Assembly (NCBI GenBank): GCA_964628025.1
Contig: CAZVLL010000012.1
Coordinates: forward strand, 12,784 to 76,783
Origin: an uncultured Syntrophaceae bacterium
GTDB taxonomy: Bacteria; Desulfobacterota; Syntrophia; Syntrophales; UBA2192
DNA length: 64,000 bases
Reading direction: 5' to 3'
Within the stretch, counting starts at the first letter, position 1; each line of letters starts with the position of its first letter. This document shows positions 27,128 to 35,904 of the stretch, in pieces. The notes below the pieces were generated by a model, which saw only the letters and a list, made by a program, of their open reading frames with translations, searched no databases and was not told the DNA's origin. The position numbers were made by a program, and so were the translations under genes.

Positions 27128-28051
27128 CTAGAAGTTCACCTTGTTTAAGCCTTTCAGCTCCAGGAGCTGCCTTGCCTCATCGGGAGTGGCCGGTTCGCTG
27201 CCCAGCTCCCGGATGATCCGGGCCATCTTGCGAACCGATTCGGCGTTGCTTTTCGCGAGCTGTCCTTTTTCCAGGTAGAGGTTGTCTTCGAGGCCCACGC
27301 GGCAGTGGCCGCCCAGGATGACGGACTGGGCGCACAGGGGGAATTGGGCTCGTCCCGCGACACAGACGGAAAACTCGAACTCACCGATGAGCTTCTTTGC
27401 GTAATCGACCAGGAAAAGGATGTTTTCAGGGCTGGGTGTGATGCCGCCCAGTACGCCCATGACAAACTGGAGATAAACTGGTCGCTTGATGTGCCCGCGG
27501 TCGATTAGGACGGCTAGGTTGTTCACCATGCCGGCGTCGTAGATCTCGAACTCGGGTTTCGTCTCGTTCAGGGTGAATATCCGGCTGAACTCACGCATGG
27601 ATTTGAAGGTGTTTGGAAAGATGAAGTCTTCTGTCATGGCGAGGTACTGGGGCTCCCAGTCGTGCTTGAAATCCTTCAACTTGTCCAGGGCGGGAAAGAG
27701 GGCGAAGTTCATAGAGCCGCCGTTAAGGGAAGCCATCTCCGGCCGGTAAAGAGACACGGGCGCCACGCGCTGATCCACCGTCATGCCGAGTCCTCCGCCC
27801 GTCGTGATACAGATTACCGCATTCGATCGGCCTTTGATGCTTCGTACGATCTCCCCCATGATGCCGACGTCTGATGAGGGCATCCCTGTCTCGGGGTTTC
27901 GACCGTGGACGTGGACGACGGCGGCACCGGCATCGCAGGCGGCCACAGCCTCATCGGCGATCTCCCGGGAAGTGAGGGGCAGATAGGGAGACATGGTGGG
28001 CGTGTGGATGCTTCCGGTGATGGCAGCGGTGATGATCGTCTTTTCCCTCAT
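27128..28051 (-). CDS. BKACE/DUF849 beta-keto acid cleavage enzyme, paralog 2
   Basis: TAAITGS, AGAAVVHVHGR, EFEIYD, GGHCRVGLED; colinear with 18715..19635. Confidence 0.93.
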   Translation of the reverse strand: MREKTIITAAITGSIHTPTMSPYLPLTSREIADEAVAACDAGAAVVHVHGRNPETGMPSSDVGIMGEIVRSIKGRSNAVICITTGGGLGMTVDQRVAPVSLYRPEMASLNGGSMNFALFPALDKLKDFKHDWEPQYLAMTEDFIFPNTFKSMREFSRIFTLNETKPEFEIYDAGMVNNLAVLIDRGHIKRPVYLQFVMGVLGGITPSPENILFLVDYAKKLIGEFEFSVCVAGRAQFPLCAQSVILGGHCRVGLEDNLYLEKGQLAKSNAESVRKMARIIRELGSEPATPDEARQLLELKGLNKVNF

Positions 28052-28195
28052 TTCCTTTTTCCTCCTTTGCTGTGCACCGACCCCTTTTGTAATGCGCGGA
28101 ATTTCAGCCAGGGGATTTTTCGAGATAGCGAATATATACAGGATTTTTTCGGAGACGGGAAGGTTTTGTCTTGTATTCCGGATCGGGAGGAATAG

Positions 28196-28246
28196 TTTTC
28201 AAAAAAAGCCCCGGGGTACGAGAAGTACCCCGGGGCTTTTGAAAAA
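28196..28246. terminator. Strong intrinsic terminator after the CoA-transferase gene
   Basis: TTTTC-AAAA...GCCCCGGGGTAC-GAGAA-GTACCCCGGGGC-TTTT-GAAAA; A and T tracts on both sides. Confidence 0.85.
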
Positions 28247-28253
28247 CGAGCGA

Positions 28254-29594
28254 TTACTTGTTGCCGTTCTTTCTCCAGATGTTCATTTTCTCCGCTTCTT
28301 TTACCAGCCCGTCCCGCAGGTCGGGGTGGGCGACGTTGATCAGCGCCTCCGCTCTCTGCCAGGTGGACTTGCCTGCCAGGTCGGCCACGCCGAATTCCGT
28401 CACGATCAGATGGGCCTGCGTGCGCGGCACGGTCACGATCGAGCCCTGGGGCAGCATGGGGGTGATCCGGGATTTAATGGCGCCTGTTTTCTTGTCCGTA
28501 TAGGCGGCGTTGCAGCAGATGAAGGACTTCCCGCCTTCGGACATGTAGGCGCCGGTTGCGAAATCGAGCTGTCCGCCGGTGCCGCTGATGTGCCGCGGCC
28601 CTGAGGATTCGGACGAAACCTGCCCGAAGAGGTCGACCTCGACACATGCGTTGATGGAGATCATGTTGTCGTGCTGGCACATGACATGGGGGGCGTTGGT
28701 GTAGGAGACAGGATAGGATGCCAGCGAGGGGTTCATGTCGATCCAGTCATAGAGGAACTGGCTGCCGGCGGCGAAGGCGTAGGCGCTCTTCTTCTTGTCC
28801 ACGCCCTTCTTTTTGTTCGTCAGCTTGCCGGCCTCGTGCATGTGGTAGTACGCATCGACGAGCATCTCCGTGTGGCAGCCCAGGTCCTTGAGATCCGAAT
28901 GGGCCAGCTGGCTCCCGACGAAATTGGGCAGACCGCCGATGCCCAGCTGGATGCAGGCGCCGTTGGGGATCATGGGGACGATGAAGCCCGCGATCTTCTT
29001 GTCGATCTCCGTCGGGGCGGCGGGGGGGATCACTTCCACCTTGGATTCGAACTCGACGATCGCATCGACTTCGGAAATGTGCACCGTCTCATCACGGCCG
29101 CCCATCGCCCAGGGGAGAAGCGGGTTGACTTCGACGATGATCTTCTGCGCAACGTCCATTGCCGCGCGCACCGCCGCGTTGCCCATGTGCGTGTTGAAGA
29201 ACCCGTCCTTGTCCATCTTGGTCACGCGGATCATCGCCACGTCGAGGGATTTGATACTCTTCCGGTAGAACAGGGGCTGGTTGCGGAAGATCATGGGGTG
29301 ATAATAGCATCGGCCCCGGTCATGGAGCTTCCGGGCATAGCCCGTGAAATGCCAATCCTGGTATGTGAACACGTCCCCTTCCGGGTCCGATTCCACGCAG
29401 GCATTGGGGGTCAGGCTCAGGCAGTGGCGGATATTGATATCCTTGAGCTCGTTCTTGCGAGCAGCCAGGGCCTTGTCCAGGGCGACCGGCTTGGTGTGGC
29501 CAAAGCCGTAATCGATCCAGTCTCCACTCTTCACCACTTTCACAGCTTCTTCGGGGGTTGTAAGTTTCCTCTTGTACTCTTCTGCGTAAGACAT
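28254..29594 (-). CDS. Acetyl-CoA hydrolase/transferase (butyryl-CoA:acetate / 4-hydroxybutyrate CoA-transferase family)
   Basis: IQLGIGG, GCHTEML (catalytic Glu), SGTGGQLDF, IVTEFGVA. Confidence 0.93.
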   Translation of the reverse strand: MSYAEEYKRKLTTPEEAVKVVKSGDWIDYGFGHTKPVALDKALAARKNELKDINIRHCLSLTPNACVESDPEGDVFTYQDWHFTGYARKLHDRGRCYYHPMIFRNQPLFYRKSIKSLDVAMIRVTKMDKDGFFNTHMGNAAVRAAMDVAQKIIVEVNPLLPWAMGGRDETVHISEVDAIVEFESKVEVIPPAAPTEIDKKIAGFIVPMIPNGACIQLGIGGLPNFVGSQLAHSDLKDLGCHTEMLVDAYYHMHEAGKLTNKKKGVDKKKSAYAFAAGSQFLYDWIDMNPSLASYPVSYTNAPHVMCQHDNMISINACVEVDLFGQVSSESSGPRHISGTGGQLDFATGAYMSEGGKSFICCNAAYTDKKTGAIKSRITPMLPQGSIVTVPRTQAHLIVTEFGVADLAGKSTWQRAEALINVAHPDLRDGLVKEAEKMNIWRKNGNK

Positions 29595-29927
29595 CGTCTA
29601 CCTCCCAGAGATTATTAGTATGTCCCCCAAGCAGGCTGCGCGCCCGAACCGGGATGATTCCGGTCTCTCCGTTCGTTGCCTTTCGGAATCCTTTCCCCTG
29701 CCGATTCTGCAATCGCGAGACCTAATAGGAGACGCGCTCCGCTACCACATCCATTTGCAAAAAACAATGTTGAATTTGAGCAAACGGCATGGTATGAGAA
29801 CTTGGCCCGCTTATCACGGAGTTCCGTATTTTCCACGCGGCATCCAGCATACAAAAAACGAGATGCGCTGTCCGGGATCCTTGTCAGAACGGGGATTGCG
29901 GGGAGGGATAGGCCGGGTGATTCTCTT

Positions 29928-31517
29928 TCACTTCGTCACTTTCAAGATCGCAAGCGCCGCCCGGCACTCCTCCGGGGTTCGATAGGGACCGACGAGGAGC
30001 CTGTACCACAATTTCCTGCCGGATACCTTTCTTGATACGATCTCACTGTTCTTGCCGTTGAGAACCAGCCCGTGGCGGTACTCCATGCCTTTGTCCTGCA
30101 CTGTGAATGTCCCGAGATGAATCGTGTAGGAGGCTTCCGAGAATTTCAGGATGGCCGTCGCATCGGTGATGTCCGGCAGCCGGATTCTCTGGCCCTGGAG
30201 GATGACGTCGAGATCGGTGATGTCCGGGTTCATCTCGAGAATCAGATCGAGAAGCATCGGACTCGAGTAGCCGTAATGGGCGACCGCAAGCGTCGTCAGG
30301 GTTGCATCCCGGGGGACGGTCAATATTTTTTTCGATTCGAAGGCGACCCGGGTATAGGGCCCTTGAAAATGAAAGCCCTCCCCGGCCGGGGACGCCTCCC
30401 TCTCTGTCGAGCCCCCTGTCGCGGGACTGGAAACCCGTTCCTCGTTGCGACCGGAACGTTCCACTATCCCTGGTTTTTCCGCTTCGACCGACGGGGGGAC
30501 GCTGTGTGAAACGGCGGACATATCTTCCCGGGGGGGCTTGCGCTTCCAGAAAAGATCCGATCCGGTGAGGAGGGATGCGGCATACACGAAAAGAGCCGAG
30601 ATCAAAACGGCGGATAACGCATAAAGGGCAGGCTTCAAGCGTCGATGCCGCAGACCGTTGAAGAAGCTTCCGGATCGACGGACGGGAACAATCGGCATTT
30701 CAGAGGTCAGGAAGGTCTCCTCGTTTCGAACGGCACGGACGACTGCTTCGGTGACAGGCCGTTCATTTCTGATATACCCTTCAACCATGGCGTTGTGGCA
30801 GAGACGGTCAATCGTTCCATGCAGTCCTGCGGCATAGGTGGCCATGAGAGTCACTGCCCCTTTTGTAAACAGGCAGTCGGCGCTCTTGCCGAGAAGCCGG
30901 GCCCGGTAATCGATGTAGGATATCGATTCGTCGTACGTCAGCGGGGTCATGCGATGCACGATACCAATCCGCTGCCGGAGTTGTCTCATGGTGTTCGCGG
31001 CGAGGATTTCCTCCAGCCCGGGCTCGCCGACGAAGATGATCTGGATGAGTTTCGTTCGACTCGTCTCCAGGTTCGAGAGCAATCGCAGATCCTCCAGAAC
31101 CTCGGGGTGGAGTTCATGGGCATCGTCGAGGATCAGCACACAATTCAATCCTGTGGACAGGGACTTGATCAGGTACAGATACAATTCATGCAGCATGGAG
31201 CCCCGGGACTGCCGTTCCAGTGGCAGGCCGACCTTGCCGAGAATTTCCTTCAGCAGGGAGTGAAAGGAGATGTTCCCCCCGGAAAGGGCGATGATCCGGG
31301 TATTGGAATCGGCGTCCTGCTCCACATGGCGGATCAGGGTTGTTTTGCCGACGCCTTTCTCTCCATAGAATGCAGCAAACCCCTTGCGGTTCCTGATGAC
31401 GTGAAGCAGGATCGCCAGCGCTTCCCGGTGGCTCTCGGTTGAGAGGACACGGCCTGGATCGGGAGTGGGGTCAAATGGATCGGTTTCGAGTTCGAAAAAC
31501 TCGAGGTATGCGTTCAT
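29928..31517 (-). CDS. ExeA/GspA-like AAA ATPase with TM helix, LysM-like and SPOR-like domains
   Basis: FFELETDPFD, Walker A GEKGVGKTT, LILDDAHEL, QIIFVGEP, LRQRI; C-terminal NPDITDLDVILQGQRIRLP and WYRLLVGPY. Start uncertain (31517, 31598 or 31628). Confidence 0.85.
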   Translation of the reverse strand: MNAYLEFFELETDPFDPTPDPGRVLSTESHREALAILLHVIRNRKGFAAFYGEKGVGKTTLIRHVEQDADSNTRIIALSGGNISFHSLLKEILGKVGLPLERQSRGSMLHELYLYLIKSLSTGLNCVLILDDAHELHPEVLEDLRLLSNLETSRTKLIQIIFVGEPGLEEILAANTMRQLRQRIGIVHRMTPLTYDESISYIDYRARLLGKSADCLFTKGAVTLMATYAAGLHGTIDRLCHNAMVEGYIRNERPVTEAVVRAVRNEETFLTSEMPIVPVRRSGSFFNGLRHRRLKPALYALSAVLISALFVYAASLLTGSDLFWKRKPPREDMSAVSHSVPPSVEAEKPGIVERSGRNEERVSSPATGGSTEREASPAGEGFHFQGPYTRVAFESKKILTVPRDATLTTLAVAHYGYSSPMLLDLILEMNPDITDLDVILQGQRIRLPDITDATAILKFSEASYTIHLGTFTVQDKGMEYRHGLVLNGKNSEIVSRKVSGRKLWYRLLVGPYRTPEECRAALAILKVTK

Positions 31518-31718
31518 CTCCTCCGGTGCCTTTCGGTGAACTCGGGACTGGTGTTCAGGGTGACCATACGGGCTTTTTTCGAGGTCGTCAATCATCAATG
31601 CGAGATAACCTTGGGGATCACCCGGCAAGACTCATCGGTGGCTGTTCCATGTGATTTCTGGTATAGGTAGCGCTATCTTGGATTCCCGGAAAACAAAACC
31701 CACCCAAGGAGGGAGCCT

Positions 31719-33047
31719 ATGAAATCTCACACAAATCAACGGTTGCGTGTCGGGTTCGTGGTTGCGGCGTTTGTTTGTGCAATCCTTTTTTCTGCACAAT
31801 CCGTCCTGGCGGTGGACATTGCCTTTCGTAATTTCAGCCCGGCAGCGGCAATCGGTCCTCCCGCCGATGAATATGCCGCCAAGCTGCTGAGCGTTTCGAC
31901 GACCACTCTCGGCGCCGCCGGACAGGTCCGGTTCACCAAGTACTCGCCGACCCCGGCGATTCCCAAAGCATTCAAAGACATCATGGCTGCCGTCGCGGCC
32001 GGGGGGCCCCTGGCGGGGGGAACGGGTTTCGACGCTGTCTACATTTCGGGTTCGGACATCAACCCGGCCTGGGGGTTCATTTACAATTCGGGTGTGCCCT
32101 TCGGGCCTACCTTTGATGAGTTCGTCGGTTTCCTCTATGGGAACTCCATAAACGGCACCGAGAGCGGTCTCGATCAGCTCCAGAAAATATTGGACAAAAA
32201 CGGTGCGAATGTTGTCGCCATGCCCATCGTCGGAAGCAGCCAGCAGGTCTCGGGCTACTTCAAACTTCCCGTCGGCAATGCCGGGTCAACGCCCGGTATC
32301 GGCCTGGCCGGGCTCTGTCAGCAGAACTGGACATTCCGGTATTTGCCGCCTGCCCAGTACGTCCTCGAACGTGCCTGTGACAACCTGGTGGCGCGCGGGG
32401 TCATCACGAAAAAGAACATCAAGTTTATCCAGGCCCTCGCGGGGGGCGGATCTCTGGTGAAGGCCGTTGCCGACGGCCAGCTCCAGGCATTCGAGTTCGC
32501 CACGCCCGTCGACGATTACTCCCAGCTTTTCGGCCTTCCCGAGGGCAATCCCGGCACGGTGGGAAATCGATACCTGCACTTCCCCGGCTGGCATCAGCAG
32601 TTCCTGATCACCTACATGGTCATCAATAAGAATGTCTGGAATAAGTTGAGCCCGGCCCAGCAGGCGCTGGTAAAGAGCGTCGCTCGCGACCATGTCCTGT
32701 CGTCCTACGGCGAAAATGTCAGGCGGCAGGGCGCCAGGCTGCAGCAGATCCTGACGGCCAACGATGGCGACAAGATTGCCGAAAACGACCTGGTGCTGGT
32801 GCAGTGGCCCCAGAATGACCTGATGCTGCTCAGAGACGCGACCATTCAGTTCCTGAACGGCCAGGTCTCCGATGCGGCACTCAGCGAACGGGATCGAAAA
32901 GACTATGCCGTGATCCTCGAATCGCTTCGCGCGTATGTGAGCAGCAACAGCGGGTACTGGAAGGTGCGTGATGTTCCCACCGCCCTTCGTTTCCAGGGCT
33001 GGAAGGATCCGGACGGCAAGAAGAACTGGGATCAGGAAATGAAGTAA
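31719..33047 (+). CDS. TRAP transporter substrate-binding protein (DctP/TakP-like), orphan
   Basis: Signal peptide; G.LQAFEF...DD; FPGWHQQ..ITY.VINK.VWNKL. No dctQ/dctM adjacent. Confidence 0.7.
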   Translation: MKSHTNQRLRVGFVVAAFVCAILFSAQSVLAVDIAFRNFSPAAAIGPPADEYAAKLLSVSTTTLGAAGQVRFTKYSPTPAIPKAFKDIMAAVAAGGPLAGGTGFDAVYISGSDINPAWGFIYNSGVPFGPTFDEFVGFLYGNSINGTESGLDQLQKILDKNGANVVAMPIVGSSQQVSGYFKLPVGNAGSTPGIGLAGLCQQNWTFRYLPPAQYVLERACDNLVARGVITKKNIKFIQALAGGGSLVKAVADGQLQAFEFATPVDDYSQLFGLPEGNPGTVGNRYLHFPGWHQQFLITYMVINKNVWNKLSPAQQALVKSVARDHVLSSYGENVRRQGARLQQILTANDGDKIAENDLVLVQWPQNDLMLLRDATIQFLNGQVSDAALSERDRKDYAVILESLRAYVSSNSGYWKVRDVPTALRFQGWKDPDGKKNWDQEMK

Positions 33048-33074
33048 ACCGGGGTCGATGACAGACGAAACAAG

Positions 33075-33110
33075 GAAGGCAGGGCTATTGACGGCCCTGC
33101 CTTCTTCGTT
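33075..33110. terminator. Intrinsic terminator between convergent genes
   Basis: GAAGGCAGGGC-TATTGACG-GCCCTGCCTTC followed by TTCGTT. Confidence 0.75.
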
Positions 33111-33126
33111 CTGCCCGTTGTTTGGT

Positions 33127-33468
33127 TCAGGCAGGGATTCCGTGCGACGGAAGAAAATAATAGGCGTTGAAAATCGGATTATCCCGATAATTGAAGTTAT
33201 GATGTTGAAGATGGAATTGACGGAGACTGACGTCGATTTCCCGGTGGAGGTCCTTTGCGCGCACCTCGCCGCGGAGAAATCGGACCTTGGTCATTTCTAT
33301 GGAGCTTATCAACTTGATGATTTCACGCTTGAAGGACATGGCCGTTTTTCCATCATCGAAACGGGCGACGACCCTTTCGATTTCACGGCTCAAATCTGCA
33401 TCGAGATTCTTGCTGTGAACGACTTTCAGGATCTCGTCTTTGATGACGAACAGTTTTTCGTATGACAT
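33127..33468 (-). CDS. Hypothetical helical protein (113 aa)
   Basis: AT-rich ORF with RBS (GGAGAAAAG) upstream; no family recognised. Confidence 0.6.
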   Translation of the reverse strand: MSYEKLFVIKDEILKVVHSKNLDADLSREIERVVARFDDGKTAMSFKREIIKLISSIEMTKVRFLRGEVRAKDLHREIDVSLRQFHLQHHNFNYRDNPIFNAYYFLPSHGIPA

Positions 33469-33498
33469 CGCTTTTCTCCCGACCTCGATTTCCGACCC

Positions 33499-33801
33499 TT
33501 AATGGCGAACCAAGCCGAAGTAATCACAGACCTTCGTGAAGAATTGATGGATTTCCTGTTTATCGGTCACCTTGACCGTTATGTTCTTTCCGTTGAAAAG
33601 GGCTTTTCCCAATGCATCCGCACAGGAGGAATCCTCTTCGGAGGTTATCACGGTTATCTCATTGCGGCCTTTTTCCAGCACAACAAGATCTCTGACCGAG
33701 CAAAATCTTTCACCCATCATTGAACCGAGATCGGCAGGCGTAAAATACTGGGGAAAGGGAAGCTGTTCGCTCAAGTAGACCATGGAAATTTCCTGCTGCA
33801 T
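33499..33801 (-). CDS. Small protein resembling a stand-alone GspE/PilB N-terminal (T2SSE_N) domain
   Basis: AGAGGTG RBS; aligns by eye with residues about 20-85 of this window's GspE (RF..vvLE..N.i.V....D....DAL..AL...I..f). Confidence 0.6.
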   Translation of the reverse strand: MQQEISMVYLSEQLPFPQYFTPADLGSMMGERFCSVRDLVVLEKGRNEITVITSEEDSSCADALGKALFNGKNITVKVTDKQEIHQFFTKVCDYFGLVRH

Positions 33802-34064
33802 GGTGACACCTCTCTTTTGTTTTGCTTTCCCCTGAAGATAGCATCCTCCATGCCCGATCCCGCACTTCCGTTAATCAATAATAATATCATCTAGTTATAA
33901 AAAAAGAATTCTCGCCTGTTGATTTTGTGCTTTCGTTTTATAGTCCAGGTTGGCATGCCGAAAATAAAATGCTGTTTCTTTTTCGGGAGATAGACAGACG
34001 TGCCATAACGGCACAGTCCGAGGTGGAAGGGAGGCTTGGGGGCGTTATCGATGCGAGTTGGGCC

Positions 34065-34961
34065 TCAGAGAAGAGGGGCGAGGGTCGAGTGGATTTTTTG
34101 GATGACTTCGTTTCGGACCCCGACGTTCCATTTTTTTGCCGCGTTGGCCGATCCGTAGATGTTTCCCAGGTAGAACGGGACCCCGATGCCCCCGACGATG
34201 CCGGCCACAGCGTAGTTTTCCTGATGGATTGCCGTCACCGTTCCCGCGATAAAGAGACCGTTGATGAGAAAAGCCGTGATTCCATCTCCGTAGTGTTCGG
34301 CATAAATGTAGCCCGATCCGGGCAGGATGGCCGACATCACCCCGGCTAGGACGGGGGATTTTTCGGGAAGTTCCTGATACCGGTCGAGCTGCGCGGCGGC
34401 CTCTTTGACGTTCTCCTCGCCGGGATGTCCCGGGTACCGGTCTAGAAATCGCTTCAATGCTCGGAGGCTCACCTCCGTCTTGTTTTCATCGAGAGCCGCC
34501 AGGCAGATCACTACGAGCGAGCGGGGGGCATAGTCCGACTCAGGGTGCTTCTCGGCAAGGGCCTCCAGCGCCACCCGCGCCCTGTCGTAATTCTTCAGCT
34601 TCCATTGGCTGGACCCTTCAAGATAGCCGGCCTGGATCGCGTAGCGGCTTTCGGGATATTTTTCGCGCAAGGCCAGGAAGGACCGTACGGCCGTACCGTA
34701 CTCCTCGCCCTTGAAATAGGCCATGCCGATCTCGAAGGCGGCATAGTCCGCCTTTCCGGAATCCGGGAAGAGGATCAGGAATTTCTTGTATTCCGTGACT
34801 GCCCGGTAGTACTCGCCCTCCTCCATGAAGGCGTCGGCGATCTTCAGCTGGACATCCCCGGTAAAAAAGACGGCCCCGTCATCGGCATGAAGCGGGGAAA
34901 CAGAGGCGAGAACCAGCAACAGCAAATAGGATATCGGCAGAAGCCGGTGCAATAATTTCAT
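34065..34961 (-). CDS. Exported tetratricopeptide-repeat protein (BamD/YfiO-like repeats) with C-terminal TM2-like membrane segment
   Basis: Signal peptide; repeated Y..A...F..f...YP.S TPR units; SAILPGSGYIY. ATGA overlap with the upstream gene. Confidence 0.85.
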   Translation of the reverse strand: MKLLHRLLPISYLLLLVLASVSPLHADDGAVFFTGDVQLKIADAFMEEGEYYRAVTEYKKFLILFPDSGKADYAAFEIGMAYFKGEEYGTAVRSFLALREKYPESRYAIQAGYLEGSSQWKLKNYDRARVALEALAEKHPESDYAPRSLVVICLAALDENKTEVSLRALKRFLDRYPGHPGEENVKEAAAQLDRYQELPEKSPVLAGVMSAILPGSGYIYAEHYGDGITAFLINGLFIAGTVTAIHQENYAVAGIVGGIGVPFYLGNIYGSANAAKKWNVGVRNEVIQKIHSTLAPLL

Positions 34962-35410
34962 TTTTTGAAGAGCAGGTTGTTCGAAACGGGATCGTAGAGC
35001 TTCCCGTTGGGGAGCAGCGGGTAATCCGGTCCCGGTTCCTTGAAGATGTTGCACCGGGTCTGCCGGTCTCCTATCATCATGATCCCCACGATGGGCCCCT
35101 GCTCCTGTATGGCCTGGTAGCCATAGCGGGAGCAGCTTGGCCGGAAACCGCAGCGGTCGACTCCGCCGACGGGTGACGCGAAGCGCTGATACATTTGGAT
35201 CAAACCGAGAAACGCAACACGGACAGACGAGGTTTCTGTTCCGTCACTCCGCCCGGGAACACGCAATTCTTCTCTGGGTCCCTTCATCGTGAAGTCCGAC
35301 CCGAATGCGTTGGCAGCCGGGATCAGGAGGCAGATAGCGACAAAGACAAACATGACAATAGGCATTGCCTGTCTCCTGATGCCTTGATCGATCTGATCCG
35401 TCTCTGCCAT
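34958..35410 (-). CDS. YidD/DUF37-like membrane protein insertion efficiency factor domain with N-terminal signal-like segment
   Basis: YQRFASP...CGFRPSCSRYGYQAIQEQG...RCN (three conserved Cys). Start 35410 or 35365. Confidence 0.85.
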   Translation of the reverse strand: MAETDQIDQGIRRQAMPIVMFVFVAICLLIPAANAFGSDFTMKGPREELRVPGRSDGTETSSVRVAFLGLIQMYQRFASPVGGVDRCGFRPSCSRYGYQAIQEQGPIVGIMMIGDRQTRCNIFKEPGPDYPLLPNGKLYDPVSNNLLFKK

Positions 35411-35505
35411 TGCTTTTCGCCGAGGCTCCCGAAGGTCCCAAGCACTCCTGGGGGGAGAAAATATCGGGGGGTTCGGGTATCCACCTTTCATCCCCCCGAT
35501 GATGC

Positions 35506-35745
35506 TTACTTGGGCTGAGCGGCGGCCTTATCCATAATGTCTTTTTTGAGCTTATCGTATTCTTCTTTTGTGATCGCTTTGTTCTTGTACGCTGTGTCGA
35601 GATCTTGCAGTTGGTCTCCCACAGTCGGCTGGCTGATGACTTGTGTTTGTTTCTCTTGCACGGTGGTGCCGCCGCCGCAACATGCGGCGATGTTCAACGC
35701 AAACACGACGGCCATAAGCACTGCGCACAGTTTCACGAATCTCAT
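35506..35745 (-). CDS. Small lipoprotein with SHOCT domain
   Basis: Lipobox-like IAAC; QLQDLDTAYKNKAITKEEYDKLKKDI. Confidence 0.85.
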   Translation of the reverse strand: MRFVKLCAVLMAVVFALNIAACCGGGTTVQEKQTQVISQPTVGDQLQDLDTAYKNKAITKEEYDKLKKDIMDKAAAQPK

Positions 35746-35904
35746 AGATTTCCCCTCCCTGAATGATTATTTGTAAATAATTAACATTTATTGACCATCA
35801 CGGCAATATTGGAAAAGCAAAAAATATTGCACGCCTTCCTTTTCCTCGCCTGTCGTGGTATGAAAACACCCCAATGTCCAGATATCATTTCCGGTGCTGA
35901 TACT

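Noticed and set aside
18715-28051. The two BKACE genes as direct repeats of a mobile or amplified unit
   Set aside because: They are diverged paralogs at the protein level with no flanking repeats or recombinase.
29707-29724. GG-N10-GC (TAGGTCTCGCGATTGCA, minus strand) upstream of the CoA-transferase as a sigma54 promoter
   Set aside because: The -12 block fits but the -24 block (GGTCT versus GGCAC) is poor; too weak to call.
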